The notes under the pieces: model-generated
Databases searched by the model: none
Told to the model about the DNA's origin: nothing
Seen by the model: only the letters and a program-made list of their open reading frames with translations
Shown: in pieces, positions 11,138 to 31,510 of the stretch
Numbering within the stretch: the stretch's first letter is position 1
How the letters are laid out: every line of letters begins with the position of its first letter
NCBI GenBank assembly: GCA_036172245.1
Contig: JAYWIR010000014.1
Coordinates: 3,410,001-3,474,000, forward strand
Direction: 5' to 3'
DNA: 64,000 bases
Origin: Raillietiella orientalis
Lineage: Eukaryota
Program-made: the position numbers and the translations under genes

Positions 11138-14100
11138 CTTCATCCCAGTCTTTTGTCTGGTGATCCCATTCTGATCTCAGATTCCTATCATTAAAAATGG
11201 TAGGAGTTTTCCGTTCCCATGTGAAAATAGTGTTGTCTTTATGTTATTTTGAGTTCCAAATTGAGGATATAAATATGGTATCCATTAGGCATCCTTTCCA
11301 AATGCATCAGAATTTTGTTCCCTTTATCTACATTCCATAATGCATACCAAAGTCAAGATGATGACTAATCACAAAGCAAAGCATTTAAAGAAAAAAATAG
11401 CATGGAGATACAGATCTGCTATATTTATTGATTTGCATCTTCAAAAGATCCTATATTATCTAATATTTTATCTTATAGCATCTTGCCAAATCTGAAGACA
11501 TCTACTGTGATGTTATGTGTATTTTTAGAGTAAGCTTATTCTTCCTTCATATGAATAAGTTATGTCCAATTTTCCGTCCTCAGTTCAACAATAAAATGAT
11601 TTACCTTTTAAAACAGGATAGGCAGGAGCAAATCATATGGATTATAGCAATTGTACATAATCAATGAACTAATTTTAATAAAATTGAATACCAGATTGTA
11701 TGTGATTAAAAAGAAAAGTGGATATTGTAGTATGATTTAAAAACATAGCTTTATGTATTCTTAATCATGGATTGCCATTAATCATGTCAGTAATAATTTA
11801 AACCTTAAAATTGCCATGGAATTGAAACAGATTAAATCTCACTTTGAATCATTTCTTTGTGTAAGTCCTTTAACAAGCATACGAACAATTAAAACTTAGT
11901 TTATACCATATTTTTTTTCATTGTATTAGTGAGATTATCGAAAGTTACTGAAAAAGGCTTTTCCAAAGTTCATTTCATACCTCATACTCCCATGTAACCT
12001 ATAATGGACTGGATCCTTTTTCTCTAAGGCATCTGTTTATGTTCTCTCCTATTAAAACGATTTTAGACATGCGTACTTGCTTTCATAAATAAAGTATTTT
12101 TAAAACAATTGTGTTGACCGACCATACTCGTTTTCAAGTATTTTGAAGATCATTTTTGATACTTTGAAGTTGAAATATTACAGGCACAAATGTAAAAAAG
12201 CACCATTATTTATTATTCCATAACTTATAATTTTTTAAAATCATAATTCCAAAATATTACTGCTTTTAAAATGCAGCAATTTGACCGAGAAATGAAGTTC
12301 AATTATTCCATTCTCTATCAAATCTAGAAGCAATCTACATCAACCATCAGCCAACTAAAAACCCAAATGTTGCATTTGCAGGTTTTAGTTATGACTAGCT
12401 TAAGCCCTTATAGACCTATGTTTAGAAATTTAGGTAATGCTGGATATCTGCAGTGGGACTTCCAACCATAAAGAATGCTTTAGTATTAATACATAACCTG
12501 ATATTAAACATTCTGAAACTCCCTTTTATTCAGTGTAGAACTAGTACTGAACAAATGAAATCAGTATGGAAACGGTGAGAATGATTTTGCCAGTTAAAGA
12601 TGCAGATCTGTTTTTGTATTTTTTGGCATAACATGCTAGATCTCATGAAAAGTCTACTTTGGAGAAACTAGTTTCCCAACACATGAACTGTTCTTTCATT
12701 TTTTACAGCTAGTACAAATATTTGACAATAACTATAAGTGGTTATCATTATTGATTCCTTTCAATTCGTTTTTCACTTATTGCTTAGCTTGATTATTGCT
12801 AGTTACCATAATTATTTAATGAAAACTTAAGCTTGTCAAAAATTTTTAATTGATTCTCATTCAATTCATATACCTTATTTATAATCATAAAGTCAGGAAG
12901 TTGAGACTTTTTAAAACCATTACGAAATCTTCAGAAATTGTGCCCAGTCAAATGAAATTTCATGATCAAACTGCTGAAACTTGGCACTTAGGCAGAATTC
13001 AAACTTGGAGCAAGACCAAAGTGCCAAGTTGCAGCAGTTTGATCTTAAAATGTTTGCATACCTAAATTTCGTACATGTTTAATTACCTCATCGAATCCAT
13101 ATAGACAACTGGAGTTTATGAAAATTTCCCTCTTAAAAAACAAAACTTGAAATGTCTTAATTTGCCACACTATTCATACTTTTGTTGCTAAATTATCAGG
13201 ATTCTTATTTTGTTTTTAAAGTTGAGAAGATTCCAATGTCGACCCAGAATTTTCAGGGATGCAGAATTCTAATGCGTGAAAATAATTGACTAGCATTGAC
13301 AAACTAAAGTACTGTTGAATATAGAATTTAGAAGGAATTTTAAGAGAAACATAGCCACAATAATTTTTGCAAACTATGAAAACACAACATAGCTGTGAAC
13401 ATAAACTAGAGAAATCCCATTTTCAGGTGAATTGAAAAATTGGAAGTACTTTGGCAATCTGTACATAGAACATAATTTTCTGTTGGTCTATCAGATCCTT
13501 TACAGGGTCCTTCCCACATTGAGCGCTTGATGAGCTCCATGCTTGCAGTTTTGAAATTTTATTTCGTATGAGACTATTAGTGCTAAATGTCATGAATATT
13601 ACCATTATGAGTTTTCTTCTAACTATGCTTTACATGTAGCCAGCATAGTGGTCCTTTTCTGCGGTGTACACAGACAGTTATCCTCAAATTGGAAGTTTGT
13701 TTTGTTTTTACTTCTTAAAAATCTTCCTGTTTATTTCCTTTACTTGCTGCATTGATATGGCAATTTCAAAGCACACATTTATTCATGGATCGAAGTTTAA
13801 ATGATTCAAAAATTCAGATTTTCATATAAAGCTTTAGTCGATTTCAAAGCTCAACTCTTAACTTGTAAATGCAGTGAACACTGAACGAATAATTTTTACG
13901 ATTCATTCATTCCATGTTTCGATGATTTTCATGCACCAGATGCCTGCATTGAAATTGTAGATTCATTCAACAGCTCCCACTCAGAAATAGATTAAAAATC
14001 AAACATAAATCTCCATTTCCCCTGCAGATTTTGTTTAATTTTTTGCAGTGAGAAAAAAACTGTTCTCTTCAAGTTTGAGGTTGAGTGCTTTTGGTGTTAT

Positions 14101-15186
14101 TCTGGTCCACGCACCTAATTATTTCCTACATACTTCTTCAAACTACCTGTAGCTAGCAAATGCTTCACAAGATGCGTTGTTTATACTTGCCCTCAGTTCT
14201 ACTGCATAATAAGTAACTTTTTGCAGCAAAACATCTATTCAATGGTTTTCTTAAGAACTCCATCAATTTTCTTCAGCTTCTAACTTTAATGCATTAAGAG
14301 GCCTTTTTCGTTTCCATTCTTTGAAAGACCATACTCAAGTGAACAAAATTCGATGCATATAAATAATGATATGTAAAATGTACAATAAATACACTTTATT
14401 AAATGTCACTCCTTTTGACTGTTCATAAGCCTTTGAGTAAAATTTGTAAAAATAATCTATCAAACCAAGAATAACTTGATGCCCTCGTTCCTGCAATTCC
14501 TTGCCTTTTTCTGATTGCAGATAAGTTTCAGTCACATCAGGCAGCTAAATTCCATTTTACTTCATATGATAGTTCCATCAGCATTAATTATAATTTTTAT
14601 CTAATGCTTCTGTTCATCTTTATTGCAGTAAACCATCTCTTAGTCTCAGTCTCTTCAGTTTTATACAACTTGCTTAATGCTGCTGTAAGTAAACAAGCTT
14701 TTAACTTTGCATCCAAAGTTAAAAGCTTTTGTCACCGCATTCATACAAAAACCACCTTCAATTAGTCAATATACTAGTATTGTAGAATGAAATAAGCATC
14801 ATTTGGATTAAATAAGCAATGATCAGCACAAGGGTACATCACAAAATAGAAATATAGTTGCATATGGTACCATGTTTTCAAATTTACATCATGTTGAATA
14901 AACAATAATGAGAAACGTGAATCAAAGAACACACCGACTTTCTAAATATAGACTACATCTGACCATGGATTATTTGATCAAGACTGGCAGACAGTAAATG
15001 ATTTTCATACAATATATGGCCCCCAAGTACTACATGCCTATTTATGGTTTGACATTATCATAAATGATCCATACAGTATTCATAAACATCAAATTTGCAA
15101 TTGATTGAAATACAGTTAAAAAACTCTACATAAAAAAACCACCTTCAAATAATTCATATCAAAACAAGAATTCAAGTTTGCAAGTA

Positions 15187-16669
<1,483 letters not shown>

Positions 16670-18051
16670 AATACAAATAATTATCTGCCTCAATTTCCGT
16701 ACAGCAATCTAATGAACTAACTGATTGCCCGTGATGCTAACTTCTTACAAAGCCTGCCGGATGGATACACATCATTCAAACCAATGCGGCATATCCGATC
16801 TCAGTGTTGCTACTAACAAAATTGAAATAATTACGAATACGATATTTTTTTCGATGTGGAACGCTCACTGGAATATGAAATATGGGTCAAGATAGGGGAA
16901 CAATAGCCTAAAAGCTAACACAGTTATTCTACATTTTTTATTTTTGTCATCATTTCAATTATTTCGTTCTATTAAATTCCAAATTATTTCTTATATTATT
17001 CTTGTTATGACATTTATTCTCAGAGCCATATGAAAGGTGTATAGAAAGAGGCGATTGTCTTTTGAAATCATCGAATCATGGTTGGTTTTAAGAATAGAAA
17101 TGTACTTGATTGCAAAAAGAAACTTTATTACGTTGCAATTAGTCATTGCTTTGACTACATGGAGATGGTGTATAAGAATTCGGCAGTATGAATGAACAAT
17201 AAGCAAATTAAGGTAGCATTCAGTTGTTAGAAATTATACTTCCTCATCCTGTAAATTTTGAGTTTTATTTGAATGAGCTGAGAATTCTGAAAAGGCAGTG
17301 CACTATAAATATACATCTTTGAGAAAATTAGAGAAATTTAGTCATTAGATATATTGAAATTATTGAAATAAGTGAGCAGATTGTATTGTAACGGTTATTA
17401 GTGTCTGCTGACGTGAAAATGAACTGCAGAAGAAATAAAAAAACTGAGCATTGAAGTTAAAATACTCAAAGAGTTTATCGTAGAACGATAAACTCTTTAA
17501 GAAATTTTCTGCCACTTGTCTCTTTAATTCTTTAATATGAACAAATGTCTCTGAATAATATACATACTAACAGCTATCGTGTAGTCCTGGAGAACTTTCA
17601 AAATATATTCATGGTGCTACCAAGCTTCATCACTGACCTCTTTAGACTAATAAACAACAATCCGAACACAAGCACTACATTCGATTTTAGAATCCCGACC
17701 ATTTCATACTTATAATATATTTGAGCACATGCATGTACAGTACACATTGATTATATGTATACATGTGTCCACTTAAAATACCTCCTACGGTTTGATGTAA
17801 TTCAGGTCTTTTTAAAAAAAGTATTTCAGGTTTCTGCATTTATTGTGCTGAGTGATATCACAGTGCATGAGTTCTGGATGTAAATGCAGACAAATCTGAA
17901 ATTAACAAGTGCTTTGAATGGAGCGATACAGCTGGCCGAACGGACGCATACGCAGAGTTAGAAACACCGAGCGTGAGGATAATCACAGAACGCGTTGACT
18001 ACAAGTGAATAGGATTTTGGAAGCTCTACTTGGAACATATTTCAAAACCAA

Positions 18052-19729
18052 ATGGTTGACTTATTCAATTCAAACATAGTGTTATATTTATGTTCTTGTG
18101 GTTTAAAAAAATCCATATGCGATATATATTTCTGCAGGCATTGCGTAAAGTTGCGATGCAAAGAGTGCGTGTCTCATGAGGTAACTAAGGGATAATGAAA
18201 AAGCCAAACATTGTAGGGTTTTCAGGTGGATTCACATTACTGCCCAAACTGCCTGGAAAATATGCCCTCTGCTGAAGCTAGACTAAAGAAAAATAGGTAA
18301 GCATCACTCCCATGATTAGTGGTATGCTGTAAAGCAATATCACACAAGTAAAAACGTTTACATTGCTTTCAGGTGTTCAAACTGTTACGAATGCCCATGC
18401 TGCAGACAGCTTTTATCAGCCCGTACCACTATCATTCAGGTACCAGAAGATGAAGAAAAAGGCAAATACAATCCAAAAAAGCTTTTTTACTTGGCATGTA
18501 ATGTGTGCCGTTGGACTTCACGTGATGCTGAGTTACCAGATCAGTGCTTAGGTAACATGGTCATTTTTACGTTTCAATGTTGCGTATTGCGTAGCAAGAA
18601 GCTGTTGGATGAGGCCAGAGTTACCTGCACAACAGCACATTCAAGAATTGATGGAGTATTATTGTTGTTTGGTCCAAAGGGAGAAAGTGGAGAAAGAAGC
18701 ACAGAAGTTTTCAAGAAGAAGAAGCTATTACTATCTATCTGTAAATTGATTGGTGTTCCATTCAACATTTTTAATTTAGTAGCAGGACAAATACAGGATT
18801 GCAGCTATTACAGCAAAAAAATTATCAGCTGTTTCTCTGACTGGAATTTTTCCCAAAAATGGTGATATGAAGTTACCTGAAGTGTCTGAATCAAAAGCAG
18901 AAGACTTAGAATCTTTGTCAGATCCTGTTTTTCCAGATATAACGGAATTAAATCAAAGTGAGTGCTAAATGGCAGGACAACATTTGAATCTAGCATGCAG
19001 TTACAACCATCAGTCAGCGATTGGGTTCTTGTGGATCACAACCCTGGTTTGTCAAACAGTTATATCCAGAAAACAAACTGTTGATGACAAAGCGATCTCT
19101 GAGGTGTCGTGTTTGTGAACATAATCTTAGCAAGCCTGAATATCATCCAACTTCCATAAAATTCAAGATACAGCTGGCAGCTTAGTGAGTGATATGTAAC
19201 AATAATGTTCATAATGTATGCAGCTATCATGTTCCTGAGGTACGGTTGCTTCAGTATCCAGTAATAATTGTTGGTCAGGAATGCCCAGTAGTTTTAACTA
19301 TTCGTAACCCTACACAGCATGAGATGCACATCAAACTACTTCCTGACAGCAATTCACCAGTGATGGTTACATTACCACAAGGTGAAATTGTGGTACCTGG
19401 ACGAGATGAAACCATGGAATTTGATGATTATAGCAACAATATCACCACTAGCCATAAGTAAGTGAGTCAACAGATTCAGAAAAATCATAAGCACCACTTT
19501 TTTTTGAAGAGATCTTTTGTGGCAACATAGGAACAAAGTTGCTGTTTGCATCTCTGTTAATGGAATGTCAGAAAATGGCAAAAGCTTTAATTTGTTCTTG
19601 CAGTATAATTACATGAATGTCTTAGCCAATCCTCCACACGAGCTTCTCATGCGAATCTGCCTAACAATTAATCCCACAGCTACTGAATCTCATTCACAAG
19701 ACACAAGTCCATATACAGTACACAGTTGA
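18052..19729 (+). CDS. DCTN4: Dynactin subunit 4 (p62); 8 coding exons
   Basis: Exons 18052-18180, 18226-18296, 18373-18551, 18595-18740, 18786-18957, 19001-19184, 19224-19457, 19510-19729. Motifs [46 protein letters not shown] and [37 protein letters not shown] at 19739-19744. Confidence 0.95.
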
Positions 19730-19778
19730 GATCACAAGAAATAAAACTGATTAAAATTGATCACTGCAAACACCAGTG

Positions 19779-25385
<5,607 letters not shown>

Positions 25386-28300
25386 GGAAAGACTCAAGAG
25401 ACTCAAGACAGCAGTGAGCAGTCTCAACAGAGAAGCTCAATACCACCTAGTTGTCACTGTTTTTTTTTTTTACATTCAGAACATTCAAAGATAAAATATA
25501 ATACTAAAATCCAAAAAAATGCAGAAATAAGAGCATGAATGAAACAAGTATAAAAGCAAATAAATTGATTGAAAGAAATCATTATATTATTACAAACATC
25601 TTACTAGCACACAGTGTGAATGCAAATTTTATTCATGTGCTTTATTTTGTTTCAGATTTAAGACTTACACATCATAAACGAAATTAGAGGTATCAGAATT
25701 AATTCCAAAAACTGGAACATTATCTTGAGTTTTAAAAATTAAGGGTGTAATAAAAAAAAATGCTGCTTAATATTCTCTAAATGCTAAGATTACATAACAG
25801 GGTCCATATTTGATATATTTGCATAACATATACCAATTGCAATATTCTGAGCCACTCTTCACATAAAGCAAACACCCAAACAAAAGAAAACTAAAGAAAT
25901 AAAAATACTGCTTATATATTGCTTATTTTCAATGAATAATCAACAAAAAAAGCTTTTCTCAAAACATTTCCGACAGTTGGAAACCCTAAAAAAAAATTAA
26001 GGCTTCTTGGAATACAACGAAAGAAAGCTGAATTGCAGGGCAACATAAAAAAAAATTATTTTATGATACATTGAATGAAGCAAAAGTTTTGGCTTCTAAT
26101 ACAGGGGAAAAAAGGGGTAGACAATGACATCGGCATAAACACTCTATATATGGATAGAAAATTATTTTCAAATTTGGGAACATGAGTGTCACATCCTTGC
26201 ACACAGTTGTTCACGCAAAGTATCAAAAGAACTCTTGCGGTCACTATAAATTAGAAGTGGATGGCTTCATCATCAGAGACAGTTTTCATTATGGTAAACA
26301 CTACATACGGCACAGAGATCCATACAAAATTGCTATTATGTTACATACATATATTACTAAGGCATTGGATGACTGGATTTAACATTTCCATATCAAACGA
26401 AACACAAACACGAAATTGCAATAAGCCTACTTGTGAATAATCATAATGAACAGAAATGAAAACGTGTGGAGGATACGGAAAAAGGATTTACACTAAAAAT
26501 TACACATGCACGAATTGTTCCGTTATCGAAATAAGGTGCAGGGGTGACTTTTCCTACTGCTCTATAATAATCGCCATTAATACAACCAAAATCACCATCA
26601 GAACAGTCGAATTTGGGGCAAGTACAAGGAGGCATACTCCAAAATGGGAACTTTTCATCTAGAATTACCATCAAACGGGCACTGACAAAATTCATACTCC
26701 CCACAATTACTAAATTCCGGTGAAAACTATTGTACACGAAGACTTTTCCTGAACATGCAATTATAAACAAACCACGGCTTCAAAAACTACAACGTTACAT
26801 CAGCAATACTGAGCAACGTTTAAAATTTTGATTTCGTGTTGAATATCAATGAAACATGGTGCAAAGCGAACTCACACGACCTTGCTTAAATATATATACA
26901 AATACATTGTCTCTAGTGACACTATCGAAAGCCAAAGCTAGAAACAAAGATTAATTTCGTACACTTACTGCTACAAGAAAGCACTCTGAAATTAACAAGG
27001 TAATGGTGACGATGATTTGAGTTTGTTTAATATTTCCATCCCGACAACACAAAAATTTAGAACTTTATTCCAACTTGGTAGACAAAGCACTGTTGCAGCA
27101 TGGCAGAGGCATTTCAAAAAAAAAAACTTTAGCTTACAGCAATCTCATCCGTCCAAGTAAGTGCAAAATGTAAATTATTGCTACTAATTCTGAATCTTTT
27201 TGTAATCAAAATCTTTCGGGTATATTTAAAATGCAATCCCACCGTCTTATAAGACTTCCGTTAGGAACCCCTACTTTTCAAAGTTATATGCAGCACTAAC
27301 CCAATTCCAGGAGCACGTTACGTATCCCTACCACAAGAGCACAACACAACTTTATATCAACCATTTATACCCACGCTAGAGGTCGTACACCTCACAAAAG
27401 GAGATGCTATTAGCATAAACATGGCGTTTTTTTTTTTTTTTTTTTTTTTCCCTTTTTCCATTGCGTAAACAAACTACTCATTCGAAAAAAGAGGTACAAT
27501 AAATGTTTTAACGTTTACATTTCAGTTCATTCCGTTCCATTCATCACATTCAGCTGTGAATGTGATTACGGCAATAATTGAAGGTTCGAAAATGATTTTA
27601 CATCGTCATAATTGCTCGGTTTTATTTTTCCCTCGACCATACTTTGAATCCAAATTTGATTTAGCACACTAATCGTTCCTATTGAGGCATTTGGAATTGT
27701 CAAGTGAAGACAAAAAAAAAAAGTGCCCTCAAAGGTTATCCCTATGAATAGTGATAACAAGGGATTTTTATATCAGGGAAAGTTCCTCTGGTCCTGTGTA
27801 CCTTTTCTAATAATTTTTCCCTAAAGATAATCGGAACACATTCCGATTTTATGGGTAGTGAAAAACAATGGAAATGAATTGAAGCATTCGATAGATGAGC
27901 TGTGATTTTTTGCTACTTGAATGAAATTACTTTCATGGTTCATAACACAAACAGTTGCGTGCAAGGGTTTTTAGTTTGAAGGAGCACCCCCATTCTGGCT
28001 GAACAAGTATGAAAGAATTCCCCCGGAATCCTTTCGGCTGCAAGGAATGAGCAGCAACGCAAGATGTTCAACATCTGAAATTCTTCTTACCAACAGCAAA
28101 GGAAATCGGTCTGTGGATCCGAATATTCGAAAATAGCATTTGATATGTTATTTTTGCATACTTTACTGCTTTGTCTTGCTTCAAATAGGTAGCACAACAC
28201 CTTTACATTTCAATTCTCTTGGAATTATCCAAATAATCGTTTTTATTGTTAGCTCCGTTATAGAAGATCTATTTTTGCAGGACTATTAAGGCTCCCCGAT

Positions 28301-31300
28301 GGACTACAGATGTCTGCAAAATGGACACAGTCCTAAGATTTCTTTTAAAATAGCCTTTGCCTTTACAAACGTGAAAGCAAAGTCTTCCTACGATCGTGTT
28401 TTTTTCTTTCTTCCAGGTTTTCGCCATCACGGTTGCTATCTTCGAAATGTTTTCCCACAGTTAAAATTTCAGAAAAAAAAAAAAGAAGGATGAAAACAAG
28501 AGATTTTTTTTTTTTTTTTTTTCAAATGCCTTAGATTAAAAGCTAACAACCGAATAGAGTTATTAAGTTTCAAATTCCGAGATGCTATTCGGAAATTAAC
28601 TTGCACTTTATCCTATAACCATTCGTTTGCTCTCGTTGAAATAAAACAAAATACTAATTTGTGCGAAATTCCGAAGGCACCCTGTTCCAATAGATTGCAA
28701 TAGATTCTGAATGGTTGTAGAAAGCTCTCTATAAATGGAAATTTCAGTTGAAATTTGGAAAATGATAATCGATGGAAAGATGGAAAATGAAAAATCTTTT
28801 AAATAAGATGGTTTAAAAATTAAGAGAAACATAGAAAACCTTATCGCTCATGACAGATTTTCATGTAAGGAAATAAGATTACATATGTGCATGGCTGTGG
28901 GATCTTTGAGGTGAGATATACAGAACATGCCGGCGTGAAGCAGTTTCCCACATAAGGAGTTTGATATCCTAGTTTTCCGTAATTTGCTAGAAAAGACGAA
29001 ACTTTCGAATAACTGTGTTTTTGCTTTTTTGGTATGAATCAAATGGTGCATTCTGTGCTCAATTAGTGAGTTCTCCGATTCATACTGACATACCGGTAGC
29101 GGAAATATACATACACTGAGACTATTTGAACATTAATGTTTTGCTCCGACTTGTTCTGTTATTAATTTGAATACATAATTTGTTCAGTGAAATATTAGTT
29201 TGTCTTTGTAGTCTTTTTAAATATGTACATGTAACTTCGTACCACTTAATTGAGCCGAGTTGTGCTGATCTTTTTGTTTTCCAATGACCAGAATCTGCGT
29301 TATTAAAATTTAAATGTCATATACTTTTCTCTTATTTGCTGTGGGATTCCATTTGGGTGGAAAGGCGTATTCCAGAACAGGGCGTTAATCGTACTGAAAC
29401 TAACAGTAAGGGAAAGCAAAAGCAGTAGAAAGTAAATATTTCCCCTAAGTGGTTCTAAAAGTTATTCAAATAAACAATTGTATCGTAGATGAATAATGAT
29501 AGAACAACGATGAATCATGCCTAGAAGGATGGATCGCTGTTTCCAAAAGTACAGGACATTTTGAGAAACGCTGGGTTGTTTCTTCTAAAAAGCAATAGAA
29601 TACTGAAAAGCTCTAAGAAACGAATTCTGGTCAAGGGATTGAATAAGTCGTTCAAATGATGGTGCTTATTATAGCAGGGTCCATTTTCCATGTATAAAAC
29701 GACTGAATGCAATGAACTCTTCGTGTTCCAGAGGTTTCTGCAACTGCCAACGGGAAACATCTTGCATTGCTAAAAAGTCTGCACAAGTAGGTTTTCCAAT
29801 ATTTGTGACTTTGATTTGTCACAATCAAACGTTATAATACTTCAAAATTAAAATTGTTAATCCCATAGTGTTTCATGAAATTTTTCTGTATTGATTTTTG
29901 AACGGAGGAAGTAACTTGAAACTTTTATAATTTGTTTCGGTCCCCTTTGGAAATTAAAGGCGCCATTTTCATTTTTATAGAATCCCTCTCACGAATTTCT
30001 AAGAAAGCAATCTGATGCAAGGATGAGATGCCTGAACTGGATGCACGTTGCTGCATCATGTTTCATCGAAAATATCTCGTTTATTGCTCCTTATTTTTAA
30101 CTCTATACTCTTAACATATGTTCCCACTATGAGTATCCATGTGCTTGACCGTGCACTCCTAGCTGCTGCTTCAACGCCTGTAATGCCCTGCAGAGATTAT
30201 GAGATTAATGAATATGGCGATTTCATCTCAACTTCATGTAACATATCCAATTGTGTCGGTATGTATCTGATTTTACGCCTATGATGGATTTCATATTGTG
30301 GAATACAATAACCTGGTTTTTATGAAAAATCACTTCTGATGTATGTTTGAAAATTACATTCTGGTATGCTCGAACACAGCTGCTTATTGAAATCTGAATT
30401 TTACTAAACATCTTAAGACGAATCGGTTTGTCCCTTTGCTTTTCTTTCAACTCTGTTGATCAAAACGGAATGTCCTTTCAATTTTGTATAGCAAATCAGG
30501 ATGGTTCATTGAATGAAATTGAATTGGCGAAATCTACGTTACCTACGTTATCTACGTTACATTTGAGGAATTTCAAACAGAAAAGTTGTCATGGAACCTG
30601 AAATCTTTCAAAATGGTGATATGAATTCACACAAGAGCATTATCTTGCGTGCAGCAAGAGACAGCCATATTCAGACATAAACACAAAAATTAAGTAGAAA
30701 GCACACACTATAACTGTTTCTGTAAATCTTTTGCATAGAAGGTCAACATTCTAAAGCTGTTTGCTTAGCCGTGAAAAACGTATCAATATTCAGAATTTCA
30801 GTTTTCATTCCTTTTGGATATATACTTACTATTCGAAATAAAAATCTATACACGAAGAGTGCAAAATATATTTTTCAGTGAATCATTGATCATGTAAGCA
30901 TGGAAACAATGAAGAGTAATGTGATTCATCAGAAACATCTCCTGTGAAAAGCTATGTGTTTTCCCAAACTGGAAACAGTCCGTCATTCAGAAACAAGAAC
31001 ATAAAGACTATAGTTGTGAAAGCATTTTTTTTTTCTAACTACGGAAAATCATTCACTTTGCAAAATTATCAGCTTAGACAAAGTGCATGTTGAGCTGTAT
31101 ACCATCAGTAATACATTATGCAATTTTATATTATTAGTTACCTCCTGAAATTACAGCTAGCACTTTGGCTCACATGAACTACCTTTTCGTGCGAATGCAA
31201 TTAGTAACCCAAAAATCAGTATTTCATTAACACAATTATTCAGTACCCTAATGCACTTGAAAATTTTCTTTCCAACCCTGAGATAATCACTATTTTGTAT

Positions 31301-31344
31301 AAGAAACCTATCTTAAATATGAGAGCATAGGATTGCTTTCAGGT

Positions 31345-31510
31345 TTTAGGATAAATTCATCTCCCGATAACTCGGAGCCAATGGAAAACATGGATAATCT
31401 GATACTTCCCCATCGGACAGACTTTATTGCAAATACATGTTCAAATTGCTTTTTAGAATGCTGCAGACAGCCACCTTCATTCAAACTGATAGATTCATTC
31501 AGCATGATTG
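31345..31510 (+). mobile_element. Possible Tc1-like transposase C-terminal relic
   Basis: NSSPDNSEPMENM resembles the Tc1 SPDLNPIEN motif and is followed by KLIDS (cf. xLIxSM). The match is very degenerate. Confidence 0.25.

Noticed and set aside
11135..11194. Stop-codon readthrough of Tkr (TAG-C)
   Set aside because: The extension is short (about 18 codons) and cannot be supported without conservation or Ribo-seq data.
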